Source: a virus (taxonomy: Duplodnaviria > Heunggongvirae > Uroviricota > Caudoviricetes). From it: DNA of 64,000 bases. The stretch's first letter is position 1. The number at the start of each line of letters is the position of its first letter. The notes below the pieces were generated by a model that was not told where the DNA came from, ran no database searches, and was given only the letters and a program-made list of their open reading frames with translations. Shown here piece by piece: positions 20,068-30,017 of the stretch. The stretch spans positions 45,458 to 109,457 of the IMG/VR virus record IMGVR_UViG_3300032322_002674; one strand, given 5' to 3'. A program made the position numbers and the translations under genes.

Positions 20068-20989
20068 TATTTATAAATATTTCATATTCATCTATTGGTT
20101 TACCTATTTTAGATACAATAAAAACTTCTGTATATTCATTTGTTTTTTCATAAATTTCTTTTGCCTTTTCAAATGCAAGTTTTTGATATAACTTACCAAC
20201 ATGATTTCTATTATTCTTACCATGAAATGCTTCAATAGTCATAGGTCTATTTGGTGTTATTAAACCATTATATCTATTTCCTCTACCAACTTGTCCATCA
20301 TCACCGTTTTCGATTGATGACCCACAAAGAGTTAAAAAAGGAATATCTGACGTATTAAATAAGACATTTCCAATATTTAATTTATTAATAAAATCTTTTT
20401 TTATTAAATCATATTCATTTTTATTTTTACAAAATTTTGAATATATTGGTGAACATATTGTAATTGAGTTTGGTGTTAGCATTATTTTATATAATTCACC
20501 AATTGGTAATACCTTTATTAAATCTTTAATTTTTTCTGAAATTTCAAAAACAAAATTTTCATTCTTAGAATAAGGATAATAACCAACACCAAAACTTGTA
20601 TCATTCGCTAAAATTATTTCATTTTCAGAAATTTTATTTAATGAATAAGACACATTATTTGATTTTATCAAAATATTAATATTAGGTAAATTTGGTACAA
20701 GTTCTTTTATTTTTTTATTTATTCTTTCATTTAATATGTTTTTTAATTCATCATCTAAAAAAGATATTTGCCCACCTAAAATAAATTCAGGTTCTTTAAT
20801 TATTTCACCACCACCAAAATAAATATTTATATCACCAGCACAAAGTAAAGATTTATCAATATTATAGTGTTTTATATGACCATATTTAGTTTTATAATAA
20901 TAATCTAAGGTATTTGTTAAATCATCACAAACTATATCACATATAGTGTCTGGATGTGCGTTGCTTTTATACTCAATTATTTCAAACAT
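20045..20989 (-). CDS. S-adenosylmethionine synthetase, archaeal type (compact)
   Basis: AHPDTICD, HYNIDK, ANDTSFGVGY, GDDGQVGRGNRYNGLITPNRPMTIEAFHGKN..NHVGKLY match archaeal-type MAT motifs. Confidence 0.85.
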   Translation of the reverse strand: MFEIIEYKSNAHPDTICDIVCDDLTNTLDYYYKTKYGHIKHYNIDKSLLCAGDINIYFGGGEIIKEPEFILGGQISFLDDELKNILNERINKKIKELVPNLPNINILIKSNNVSYSLNKISENEIILANDTSFGVGYYPYSKNENFVFEISEKIKDLIKVLPIGELYKIMLTPNSITICSPIYSKFCKNKNEYDLIKKDFINKLNIGNVLFNTSDIPFLTLCGSSIENGDDGQVGRGNRYNGLITPNRPMTIEAFHGKNNRNHVGKLYQKLAFEKAKEIYEKTNEYTEVFIVSKIGKPIDEYEIFINNERTKNL

Positions 20990-21012
20990 AATTTAAAATA
21001 TAACAAATAAAT

Positions 21013-21516
21013 TTAAATTTTAAAATCTTTATGAAAATCTTTTAAAATTAATTTTTGTGGCATTATAAATTCCCCATTATGTAATGATGAATAACATGAT
21101 TGATAAAGTATTTCAGAACGTAAAACTTTATGTATTAATTGATTATTCGTTAAATTGCAAGTAAACTTATATACTTTTAATTCCCCATCAAAAGAAAATG
21201 GTTCATTTAATAATAAATGAAAATAATCATGAGATGCTCTAAATAAAAGATTATAAACATCACCAAGTACAGGTGAAAAGTTATATTTTGTTGATATTTT
21301 CAATATACCATTATTGAAATCGTTTTTCATATCTTCAAAACTTTCATAAGTAAAATTATTATGAAAATCTATAAATACAAAATTACTTATCATTGAATAA
21401 GTATTACCTATGAATTTTCTTATATTATTTAAGTCATTTTTTTGTAAACTACTTAATTCACATTCAGAAAATTCATAGGTATCAGACATTAATTTAATTA
21501 AATCATTATTTGACAT
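21013..21516 (-). CDS. FRAxHDxxH-motif protein, paralog of 59632..60294
   Basis: LFRASHDYFH...F...GE...E...Q...QK shared with the paralog. Confidence 0.65.
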   Translation of the reverse strand: MSNNDLIKLMSDTYEFSECELSSLQKNDLNNIRKFIGNTYSMISNFVFIDFHNNFTYESFEDMKNDFNNGILKISTKYNFSPVLGDVYNLLFRASHDYFHLLLNEPFSFDGELKVYKFTCNLTNNQLIHKVLRSEILYQSCYSSLHNGEFIMPQKLILKDFHKDFKI

Positions 21517-24313
21517 TATATATGCCTATTTTACCATTAGTTTTATAACCAACATTAGATATATCAAAATTACTTATAATTAAATCCAATTTTTTAAATT
21601 CTTTATTACACTCAATTAATTGATTATAAATATTTTTTAAATTATCATCTAATGTTTTTTCAAATTTATTTTCCTTAGAATCTAAGAGTTGGAAATTAAA
21701 TTTTTCATCATAAAATTTTTCTATTTTTTTAACAAGTTCTTTAACATCATTACTTAATTCAGAATCTTTTCTAAGAAATTCCATAGTATTCCATATTGTG
21801 TCATTATCTATTTTTCCATATTCATAAACATCAACAATATGTTTATTCTTTTTACCTTCTAATTTTTTAATATTTTGTATTTCTGTATAATCATTAGTAA
21901 TATTTAAAATTGAATTTTCTTCTAACATATAAGAAACTCCTTCTTTACTTTTAAAAATTTGTTTACCAACTTTAGTTTTAAATTTTGATGGTATAGTGAA
22001 TTTACTTTCCATTATCATTTCTTTAACTTTATTATTTTCATCCAATCTATTTTTTTGATGCAATTCTCTTGAATCAAATGACCATAATTTTTTCATTAAA
22101 TTGAATTCATCAGATTTTTTAACTGATTCATAAAGTTCAGTTTTTTCATCAACAAATTTTGGTTTGTTATTTTCCCAAATAAATTTAAGTGTTTGTTCAC
22201 CATTTGTTAAAGAAATTCTATTTCCTTCAACTCTATATTTTTCTGGTAAAATATCCATTATACTTGATTCATTTAATGTAACAGATGTTTTTAATCTGTA
22301 TTCTTTATTTTCTTTCATATTTTGTGAAATTTTTTCTCTACGATTTTTAAGGTATTCATCTTGTGAATCTACCTCACCATCATTATTAATGTCAGAATCT
22401 TCCTGACCAACTTTATCTGTATTTTCAACCATATCCAATTCTTCATAATTTGCATCATGAGTAATATCGAAATCCCTTTCAATTTGATTAAGAATAGTGT
22501 TAAGAGTTTGTTCATCCATTTTTCTAACAATATTATCCATTAATTCTTCTTCACCAATTATATTTTTAAGATTTTCCAATCTATCCATTGTGGTATCCAC
22601 AACTGTTTCATCAATTTTTTGTTCCATATTTTCTTGTTTTTCTAATTTATTTATTTCATCACCTGATATATGGTCTGCAACCACATCAAGTTCGTTAGTT
22701 CCAACACTTACTTTTGATTGAATCCATGCAGGAAATTGTTCATCACCAGTTTTTATTTCATCTTTTATTGTATCAATTGCATTACTTGCACTTGTTAATT
22801 GATTCATAATCATATTACCTTCATCATCAGTTTCCAATCCAAGTAAAGTATCTTCATGATTTTCCTCAATTGAATCCAAAAATTCAATATTTTTTACTGT
22901 TTGCATATTATCTTTTTCACCATTACCAATATTAAATTTTCTACCAACTTTATAATAATTTTTTATTTCTTCATTAGTTCCATTAATTGATGTTGTTATA
23001 GAATCACCATTTTCAAAATTAACTTTCACAGTTCTCATGGGGGTGAAGGATTCTTTTAGTTGATTCTTACATAAATTTTTTAAATATTCTTTAACATTAG
23101 TTATATTTTCTTTTTTTATTTCATTTCCATTATCATCTATTGTAAAATTAACTTTATTTTTTTTAACAAAAATTGTTTTGTTTCGATTATTTGGTAATAT
23201 CCAAAGTTGACACATAACACTATTTTCTCTATGTAGAAAACAATTACATATTTTATTAGTTTCTTGACGTAAATCTAATAATTCTTCTTCCCAAGAGTCT
23301 ATTTCTGGTGAATATAAAATATGTTTTGTTCTAATTTTTTGCTCATTCCCAAAACTTAATCCTTCTTTTAAACCATCAAAATATTCAGAACTTGCAGATA
23401 AATCTTCATCAGAAACTTCATTACTTTCACCCATATTTAACCAATCACTTAATTTTTGAGGATTTAATCCTTGTTTCAATAATGCACCTTTGGTTAGAAT
23501 TTTTGTTTCCTTTGGATTAAAACCCATATCTTTAATATCAACAGTAAAATAATCTTTTTTGAAACTATTTAATTCATCTTTATCAATATCTGAATAATCC
23601 CAACCAGTAATAATTTTATTTGTATTCTTATCAACTGCATAGTGAGTGTAATTTGGATTTGATACTTCTTCTGATTCATTAATATTATTCATCTTTTTAA
23701 TTAATTCACTTACTGTAATAGTTTTATTATTTATTTTTTTACCAATTCCATCATAAAAATAAATTGTTTGGTCAACTGGATTTAATGAATAATCTTCTGC
23801 ATATATAGTTTTTTTATAATTATCTAAAAAATCTTCCATTTCAGAAGTAAGGTCATTAATTTTTGAATTTTCGGATTCTTTTAATCCAAATTTCTTTTTT
23901 GTGTAATTAACTTTTTCTTTATCTTTAAGTGTTACATTAAATCTGTTTCCTGCACCACTATCCATATATTCCCTTCTTTTCTTTGCTCTGTCCAACATTC
24001 CTTTTCCAACACCATCAGAAAAATCTCCCTTATCATCCATGTTTTTTTCCATTCTTTTTTTGAATAATTCATCTGGTTCAGAATCATATTTTAAATCTTC
24101 CATACCAAAACCTCTATTAAAGACATCAACTTCTTCTTCTTGTTTTTTTGATAAATCTTTCTTTACAGGTTTGAATTTAACATCAGTATTTGTTTTGGTT
24201 GATTTTTCAACATCTTTCATTAAATCTTTAACCTCTTTATCTTCGGTTTCCTTATTTTGTTTTTTTAATTTATCCAATTGTGTTAGGATATGCACTTTAA
24301 GGTTGTCTGACAT
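21506..24313 (-). CDS. Acidic multi-module probable head protein with C-terminal degenerate kinase-like domain
   Basis: Several I/L-x-E junctions; modules FPAWIQSKV, DINNDGEVDSQDEYLKNRR, VNFENGDSITTSINGT; C-terminal HIVDVYEYG...MEFL; ATATTTAT at 24331-24338. Confidence 0.6.
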   Translation of the reverse strand: MSDNLKVHILTQLDKLKKQNKETEDKEVKDLMKDVEKSTKTNTDVKFKPVKKDLSKKQEEEVDVFNRGFGMEDLKYDSEPDELFKKRMEKNMDDKGDFSDGVGKGMLDRAKKRREYMDSGAGNRFNVTLKDKEKVNYTKKKFGLKESENSKINDLTSEMEDFLDNYKKTIYAEDYSLNPVDQTIYFYDGIGKKINNKTITVSELIKKMNNINESEEVSNPNYTHYAVDKNTNKIITGWDYSDIDKDELNSFKKDYFTVDIKDMGFNPKETKILTKGALLKQGLNPQKLSDWLNMGESNEVSDEDLSASSEYFDGLKEGLSFGNEQKIRTKHILYSPEIDSWEEELLDLRQETNKICNCFLHRENSVMCQLWILPNNRNKTIFVKKNKVNFTIDDNGNEIKKENITNVKEYLKNLCKNQLKESFTPMRTVKVNFENGDSITTSINGTNEEIKNYYKVGRKFNIGNGEKDNMQTVKNIEFLDSIEENHEDTLLGLETDDEGNMIMNQLTSASNAIDTIKDEIKTGDEQFPAWIQSKVSVGTNELDVVADHISGDEINKLEKQENMEQKIDETVVDTTMDRLENLKNIIGEEELMDNIVRKMDEQTLNTILNQIERDFDITHDANYEELDMVENTDKVGQEDSDINNDGEVDSQDEYLKNRREKISQNMKENKEYRLKTSVTLNESSIMDILPEKYRVEGNRISLTNGEQTLKFIWENNKPKFVDEKTELYESVKKSDEFNLMKKLWSFDSRELHQKNRLDENNKVKEMIMESKFTIPSKFKTKVGKQIFKSKEGVSYMLEENSILNITNDYTEIQNIKKLEGKKNKHIVDVYEYGKIDNDTIWNTMEFLRKDSELSNDVKELVKKIEKFYDEKFNFQLLDSKENKFEKTLDDNLKNIYNQLIECNKEFKKLDLIISNFDISNVGYKTNGKIGIYNVK

Positions 24314-24315
24314 TT

Positions 24316-24978
24316 TTATTTGTTTTTATAATAAATATATGTTAATTTATATTGTTTTCTTTTTTCTTCTTCTTTTATGAAATCGTTTTTAACAATTCCT
24401 TTTAGGTCATTGATATTTGGATGTAGAACTCTTTGTTTTGCAACATCAAAAGATTCATTTAAAAATTGTATTCTTTTTTTGATTGCAGTTTCATAAATTG
24501 TTGATAGTTCTTTTTGAACTAAGAAAAAATTTTCTTTTTCATCATCGGATATGAAAATATATTTATCACCAAAAATCGTTCTTACTTTATCAATAAAATT
24601 TGGATTTGAATAAATTTTTTTATTTCCATCAGTTTGCCTACCAAAATGAATTACTTTTGGTTGATAATCTTCAATAAATTCGTTTATTATTTTATAAGAT
24701 GTTGCAATTACTCTACCCCAATTTTTAGGAGTTTTTAATTCTTCTTTCATTTCTTTATTCCACAACCAATAAACTTCCCAAAAAATATCTATTTCTTCTT
24801 TTTTAACTTTAATTAAATTTTCTACATCAAATCTGATTTTGAAACGAAAATCAACAATAACACCTTCTTCATTTATTTGATAGAATTGGTCATCAATTTT
24901 TTTAACATTTGTAAATGGGGTGTCAAAAATTTCTTCGTTTAAAATTTCTCTAACCAATTTAATAATTTCGTTTTTCAT
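24316..24978 (-). CDS. Unknown-domain protein (family A), paralog of 19381..20067
   Basis: RVIATSYKIINEFIEDYQPKVIHFGRQTDGNKKIY; MKNEIIKLVREILNE leader; ATATTTAT at 24990-24997. Confidence 0.7.
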   Translation of the reverse strand: MKNEIIKLVREILNEEIFDTPFTNVKKIDDQFYQINEEGVIVDFRFKIRFDVENLIKVKKEEIDIFWEVYWLWNKEMKEELKTPKNWGRVIATSYKIINEFIEDYQPKVIHFGRQTDGNKKIYSNPNFIDKVRTIFGDKYIFISDDEKENFFLVQKELSTIYETAIKKRIQFLNESFDVAKQRVLHPNINDLKGIVKNDFIKEEEKRKQYKLTYIYYKNK

Positions 24979-25883
24979 AATGTATTAAAATAAATATATG
25001 GTGATTCATTCATCACTATTCTTTCATCCAAAAATTCATCAACATAAAAAATTAAATCACCTTCCTTTAAACCAACAGAATAACCTGCAACTTTAAGAAT
25101 TTTTTTATGTAATTTTTCTCCTTTTTCCTTAAATTTTTTATCAATATATTTTTTTAATTCATTAAAATCTTTAAAATTAAAATTCATTTTAGTTATTTTA
25201 AAACCACTATTAAAGGAAATTAAAAATTTTTCCTTTTCTTCATCACTTAATTCATCCAATTGATTTATGTTATAATTCATTAAATAAAATGAATCTTCAT
25301 AAATCTGTGATTGTTTTGTAAATTCTATAACTTCTTCTTTAGTTTTATTTTTTAATTGATAATGAAATTCTTGTACCCTTGCATTTATTTCTTCATCGAG
25401 TGATAAATAAAATAATCTTAAAAAATTTTTTATAATAGGATTTTCAATAAATCTATATTCAAAATTTAAAAGATTTTTTACTTTAACTAAATTTTTAGTT
25501 TTGGTTTCCTTATTAAATCTAATATAATCATCCCAGAAATGATGTAATTCATGTGAAAATATAAATCTAATTGTTTCTTTATCAGGATTATTATGATTAA
25601 ACCAAAGTTCAATATTTAAATTGTATTTAACATCACCAATATCATCAATAAAAGGATTTAAATTAATTCTTGCAGTTGTTTTATTTAAATCATTATTTGT
25701 TTTTATAACAATACTATTAATTGGTAAATCTTTAAAGTCATAGTTACCTTTATGAAGAATAAAACCAAATTTATTATTAATTGTTAATTCTGTTAATTGA
25801 TTAGTAAATTCATCTAATTTATTAACTTTACCGATTGATTCAAAAATATTATAAATTTCTTTTAATATTTCTTTAGTTTCCAT
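24975..25883 (-). CDS. Zincin-like metallopeptidase, paralog of 1474..2328
   Basis: FSHELHHFWD and FYLSLDEEINARVQE. Confidence 0.65.
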   Translation of the reverse strand: METKEILKEIYNIFESIGKVNKLDEFTNQLTELTINNKFGFILHKGNYDFKDLPINSIVIKTNNDLNKTTARINLNPFIDDIGDVKYNLNIELWFNHNNPDKETIRFIFSHELHHFWDDYIRFNKETKTKNLVKVKNLLNFEYRFIENPIIKNFLRLFYLSLDEEINARVQEFHYQLKNKTKEEVIEFTKQSQIYEDSFYLMNYNINQLDELSDEEKEKFLISFNSGFKITKMNFNFKDFNELKKYIDKKFKEKGEKLHKKILKVAGYSVGLKEGDLIFYVDEFLDERIVMNESPYIYFNTL

Positions 25884-26463
25884 AAATAATACTTCTAATC
25901 AGATTTTCAGAAATATTCATTTCTTTACTCAATTCTTTTATTGATTCTTTAACTAATTCTTCATCTTCCCACAATTCAAGTGCGTTTATATCTCCTTGAT
26001 TGCAATAAGGGAATTTTTTACATTTTTCTTTAACCTTAACAAATTTTCCTCCAGGAAATGTGGTTTTACTTTGATGTCTCCAATCTTTCTTGGACATTGA
26101 TTTTGCCCATGCCTTAGGTGTTTCATAACTCCCAGTTGAATCTGTGGTTGTTGCCTCACCCAATTCTGATTCCACCAATTTGATGAAATCACCTTTTTTT
26201 ATTACGTTTTCTTTCATATTTATTTGTTTTATAAAATCTATTAAAAATTTATAATCATTATTTAATTTACCATTTTTTATGTAACTTTCTATTTTTTTTA
26301 TTAAAGTATCATTATTTAAAAGTTTATAATTTTTTTGACTATCATAAAAATTTTTATTTAAATCCATTAATAAATCAATATCATCAAATGATAAATAATT
26401 TTTACCATCTATAACAATATTATCAGTTCCTATTTTATTATTTCTAAATTCTTCTACCACCAT
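25873..26463 (-). CDS. Hypothetical probable head protein
   Basis: LGE|ATTTDSTGSY resembles LNE|TTTDASGSF in 16646..18688; Cys pair KCKKFPYC. Confidence 0.55.
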   Translation of the reverse strand: MVVEEFRNNKIGTDNIVIDGKNYLSFDDIDLLMDLNKNFYDSQKNYKLLNNDTLIKKIESYIKNGKLNNDYKFLIDFIKQINMKENVIKKGDFIKLVESELGEATTTDSTGSYETPKAWAKSMSKKDWRHQSKTTFPGGKFVKVKEKCKKFPYCNQGDINALELWEDEELVKESIKELSKEMNISENLIRSIIYGN

Positions 26464-26554
26464 AAGTTAAATCAATATTTAATCTTAGTTTTCTATTTAT
26501 TTTTTTGAATATAATACGATATAAAATTTAAATACCAATTTTTCATTTCTTCAC

Positions 26555-27472
26555 TTAATAATTCAAATTCATCCCTAAGTAAAGTTGTTTTATTTTAATC
26601 ACTTTTCTATGTTCTATATATTTTTTTATTTGCTCATCAGTTAAATTTTTAAATTCAAGTAAGGTAAACCAATCATCTCTTTCTAATTTTCCATTAATAT
26701 AAATTTGTTTAATATTATTTGGTAATAAATCAAAAATAATATCAATAGGATTTGTATAATCACCTTGAATTTCATGTTCATTTTCAATTTCCAAAAAACC
26801 ATTAACATCCCTTTTAATTAATTCTGAATAATAATTTACATATTTTGATAAAACTTCATTTGGTAATTTTCTTATAATATTTTCTGGAATATCTTCATAT
26901 TCACCATTCATTATTTTTTTTGAATAATATTCTATTGCCTGTTTTTCTTGGTCATTTGCACGAGATTTAAGGTTTAAATTTTCTTTCACATTTTCTTTCT
27001 TTTCCAATTTTTCAATCTGTAATTTTATTAATTGTTCAATCGTTTTAAATGGATATTTGGAAAATTGAATCTCTGAACTAAAATCAATATGATTATGATT
27101 ATCAACATCAATCCTAAATAACCAAAAATCTGAACCACTTAAATTATGAAAATAAAAATGAACTTCATGTTTACCAATGTTTTTTTCAAAGAAGATTCTA
27201 AAATCAATAACATTTGGTTCATCAGTAAAAATTATTACTTTTTTTGTTAGTTCTAATTTATATTTTTCTTTTAAATAATCAGTAAATTTATTTAATATAT
27301 CTTTTTTTTGTACACCTAAAATATTATAATCTTGGTAATTAATATCAGTAATTTCTTTTTTTAAAATCTGATTTATATATTCTTCCCTTTGTTTTTCTTG
27401 GTCTTTTGCACGACTTTTTAACTCCAAATCTTCGATTAGTTTTAATTGTTTTTCGGTAAGAATATATTTCAT
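26555..27472 (-). CDS. Two-module LKSRA-tagged polyprotein (revised start MKYILTEKQLKLIE)
   Basis: In-frame ATG at 27472 with ATATTTAT at 27478-27485; the track's 27604 start overlaps a + strand gene. Confidence 0.75.
   Translation of the reverse strand: MKYILTEKQLKLIEDLELKSRAKDQEKQREEYINQILKKEITDINYQDYNILGVQKKDILNKFTDYLKEKYKLELTKKVIIFTDEPNVIDFRIFFEKNIGKHEVHFYFHNLSGSDFWLFRIDVDNHNHIDFSSEIQFSKYPFKTIEQLIKLQIEKLEKKENVKENLNLKSRANDQEKQAIEYYSKKIMNGEYEDIPENIIRKLPNEVLSKYVNYYSELIKRDVNGFLEIENEHEIQGDYTNPIDIIFDLLPNNIKQIYINGKLERDDWFTLLEFKNLTDEQIKKYIEHRKVIKIKQLYLGMNLNY
26924..26989 (-). repeat. LKSRA peptide tag, copy 2 (VKE|NLNLKSRANDQEKQAIEYY)
   Basis: Direct translation. Confidence 0.9.
27374..27440 (-). 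repeat. LKSRA peptide tag, copy 3 (LIE|DLELKSRAKDQEKQREEYI)
   Basis: Same peptide as copy 1 but Ser-Arg encoded AGT CGT rather than TCC AGA. Confidence 0.9.
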
Positions 27473-27569
27473 ATAGAATAAATATTTTAATTTTTGGAAT
27501 AATTTATTATATTTATGCATTATGAACGCAATTAAATTAAAATCAAAAAGAAATAATTCAGAATTAATA

Positions 27570-28256
27570 ATGGAAAATGAGGTAATTAATACCTCACAAA
27601 CCAATTTCCCTAAGAATGTAATGGTCTTTAAATTAAAGAATGAAAGAAAAAATTTAAAAGACAGAATTAAATCTGCATATAATATAATCCTGAATGGTGA
27701 ATTATATGACGAATTTACTTTTGAAGAAAATGAAATGAATTATCTAACAAATGTTTTAAAAAAACAAGAAAAGGATAAAGAAAATTTGATTAAACAATAT
27801 AACAAAAAAGATAAATATATCCAAGATATGCTTAATTTTGACATTAAATCTTTTTTGACAAAATGGTTTGGTGAAAGAAAAATTAAAACTATTTCATCAG
27901 AAGTTAGATTTAATACAATTGAAGAAGAAAAAGAAAGATATATAAAATTAGGGGTTAATCCTGATAAAATTTTAGTTACAGATTTACCAGTGTTTACTTA
28001 TTCTTTAACAAAAAATAAAATTGTTAATTATCATGATTCTTTTGATTTAATTAGTGATGGTAATGGTAGTTTTAAAATGACTAATGAAAATAATATAACA
28101 TTAGGTGTTGAAACCTATACAGAAGATTATGTTAAAGAAAATTTAGAAAAAATAAATTCTTTAGGTATAGTAATTTACCCAACATTGAAAATTTATGATA
28201 ATGAAGAAAATAATAAATTTTACCGTTTTACATTCATTCCTGAAAAAACAAATTAA
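27570..28256 (+). CDS. Hypothetical protein
   Basis: Long ORF heading a + strand run; ATG 27570 preferred, track start 27522 also possible. Confidence 0.65.
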   Translation: MENEVINTSQTNFPKNVMVFKLKNERKNLKDRIKSAYNIILNGELYDEFTFEENEMNYLTNVLKKQEKDKENLIKQYNKKDKYIQDMLNFDIKSFLTKWFGERKIKTISSEVRFNTIEEEKERYIKLGVNPDKILVTDLPVFTYSLTKNKIVNYHDSFDLISDGNGSFKMTNENNITLGVETYTEDYVKENLEKINSLGIVIYPTLKIYDNEENNKFYRFTFIPEKTN

Positions 28257-28258
28257 CC

Positions 28259-28474
28259 ATGACAGAATTAGAATTTAAATCATTAAAAGAAGAAATTGAA
28301 AGATACAAAAATATTAATTTCTTAATAGAAAAAAACATAACCAAGTTTGATGAATTTGGTGTTAAAAAAAATGGTAAACTTGCAAGACGTTACTTAAATG
28401 AAATGCGTAAACAATCTCTTAAATTAAGAAAAATTATTTTGTTTATGTTAAAAGATATGGGAGGTATTAAATGA
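28259..28474 (+). CDS. Small basic protein resembling Bacteroidetes histone-H1/Hc1-like proteins
   Basis: KFDEFGVKKNGKLARRYLNEMRKQSLKLRK resembles the GNKAAGxRARK...RK pattern (from memory). Confidence 0.4.
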   Translation: MTELEFKSLKEEIERYKNINFLIEKNITKFDEFGVKKNGKLARRYLNEMRKQSLKLRKIILFMLKDMGGIK

Positions 28475-28671
28475 TAATTAATTTAATCAATATAGTTTTA
28501 TTATTTGGTTTATTTGTATCAATTTTTTTATGTGGAAAATATTTGTTTGATTTTGTAATGGAATTAAGAAAGGAATTTCCTGAACCGATAATATTAGATA
28601 AAAGAGATAAAATGTATTTGTTGTTTGCAATATCTTTTATATTTACTTATATTTTTAAAATATTTTTATGA
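28471..28671 (+). CDS. Small two-TM membrane protein
   Basis: Two hydrophobic helices; ATGA coupling. Confidence 0.6.
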   Translation: MIINLINIVLLFGLFVSIFLCGKYLFDFVMELRKEFPEPIILDKRDKMYLLFAISFIFTYIFKIFL

Positions 28672-29021
28672 TAGAATTAGAAAAATTAAAAGATTATATT
28701 AAAGAAATTAAATTTTTAAAGGAAAATATCCTTTTCACTATTTCCATTAAAAATAGTTGGTTTATTCCTGAAAGTGAAGGGATTATAGTAATTCGTGAAG
28801 ATAATTCAGATTTAAATGAAATGAATAAAAAAACTGTTTTCTTTTATTCAGAAAAGGAAAGTAAAATTGAATCATCTGTTGAATATATTAAAAAATTGAT
28901 TAATGATAATATTGAAAAGGAAAAGAAAGATGAATTACTGCAACAAACTATTGAAAAATTAAAACAAACTTTTCAGAATTCAGATTTGCAGAAATTGACT
29001 GAATTGGTGGAAAAAATTTAA
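28668..29021 (+). CDS. Hypothetical protein
   Basis: ATGA-coupled ORF. Confidence 0.65.
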   Translation: MIELEKLKDYIKEIKFLKENILFTISIKNSWFIPESEGIIVIREDNSDLNEMNKKTVFFYSEKESKIESSVEYIKKLINDNIEKEKKDELLQQTIEKLKQTFQNSDLQKLTELVEKI

Positions 29022-29050
29022 TTTCTGCAATTTTTCATTATATTTAATCC

Positions 29051-29737
29051 ATGTTTATAGAAGATTATAAAGATGTTATAAATAAAATTGTTAAAGAACA
29101 ATTTAAAGATTTTTATTCAGAAGAAAAAAGGGGTGTTGTTAAACCTTTAACTGAAAAAGATAATCCTACTTGGAGTAATATAAATTTTATCAATACTCAT
29201 TATACAACTTTCCAAAAAGTTGTTTTACCTTATTTAGAAAAAATTTCAGGAAAGAAATTTGGTTATGAGCAACAAAAAACTAGATTAGATTCAAAAAAGA
29301 ATAATGACCTTTTAAATATGATTTGGTATTATAGAAATGATATGTTCTCACCAAATTCCCCACTAATACCACAAATAATTGATTTTATAACGTTTTCTCG
29401 TGAAAGGGGTAGTAAGACAGAGAAAATAGTAGAAAGTCGTTTAAATGAAGTTTATGAAAGAATTAAGGTAACTTCTGGTGATGGTTCAGTAATAGATTTT
29501 ATTGGACAGGATATTATAATAGATGGAAAGACTGGACAAATTAAAAAAGTTAAATCTGTAAAAGAAGGGGAAAAGGTTTATTTTATTAACTTAAATCAAT
29601 TCGCAAAGGATTATAAACAAGATTTATTTATATTTCATGATAATGATGATAAAATATGGATTTTTGAAAATAAAGGAGTTAAAATAAAAAATAATTCTTA
29701 TTTGATTGAAAAGGATAAACTTATAAAGATTTTATAA
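29051..29737 (+). CDS. Hypothetical protein, possible PD-(D/E)xK nuclease fold
   Basis: GSKTEKIV...DFIGQDIIIDGKTGQIK resembles the E...D...QxK core. Confidence 0.4.
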   Translation: MFIEDYKDVINKIVKEQFKDFYSEEKRGVVKPLTEKDNPTWSNINFINTHYTTFQKVVLPYLEKISGKKFGYEQQKTRLDSKKNNDLLNMIWYYRNDMFSPNSPLIPQIIDFITFSRERGSKTEKIVESRLNEVYERIKVTSGDGSVIDFIGQDIIIDGKTGQIKKVKSVKEGEKVYFINLNQFAKDYKQDLFIFHDNDDKIWIFENKGVKIKNNSYLIEKDKLIKIL

Positions 29738-30014
29738 AATTTTTTTCAAAAACATCATAATCAATAACTTTATGAAAACCACTTGATTTTAGGTTCATTA
29801 TACGAATGAAATTTTTAAAAATTATTTTTTTTGATTCAATACCATAATAACATTCTATTTCTGTTCCCTCATAAAAATTAGGATTTTTAAAACCTAATTG
29901 TTGTAAAGTTTTAACTATTTTTCTTGATTTTTCATAACTATCACTCCAAATTAAAAAATCATTATGCAATAAGGAATATTTTTTAATATTTTCAAAAGTT
30001 CTTTTTAATGTCAT
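29721..30014 (-). CDS. Hypothetical protein
   Basis: ORF in a tightly packed minus-strand run. Confidence 0.55.
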   Translation of the reverse strand: MTLKRTFENIKKYSLLHNDFLIWSDSYEKSRKIVKTLQQLGFKNPNFYEGTEIECYYGIESKKIIFKNFIRIMNLKSSGFHKVIDYDVFEKNFIKSL

Positions 30015-30017
30015 ATT

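Noticed and set aside
27473-27604. N-terminal extension of ORF 26555..27604 given in the track
   Set aside because: It overlaps a + strand gene; the ATG at 27472 has the late motif directly upstream.
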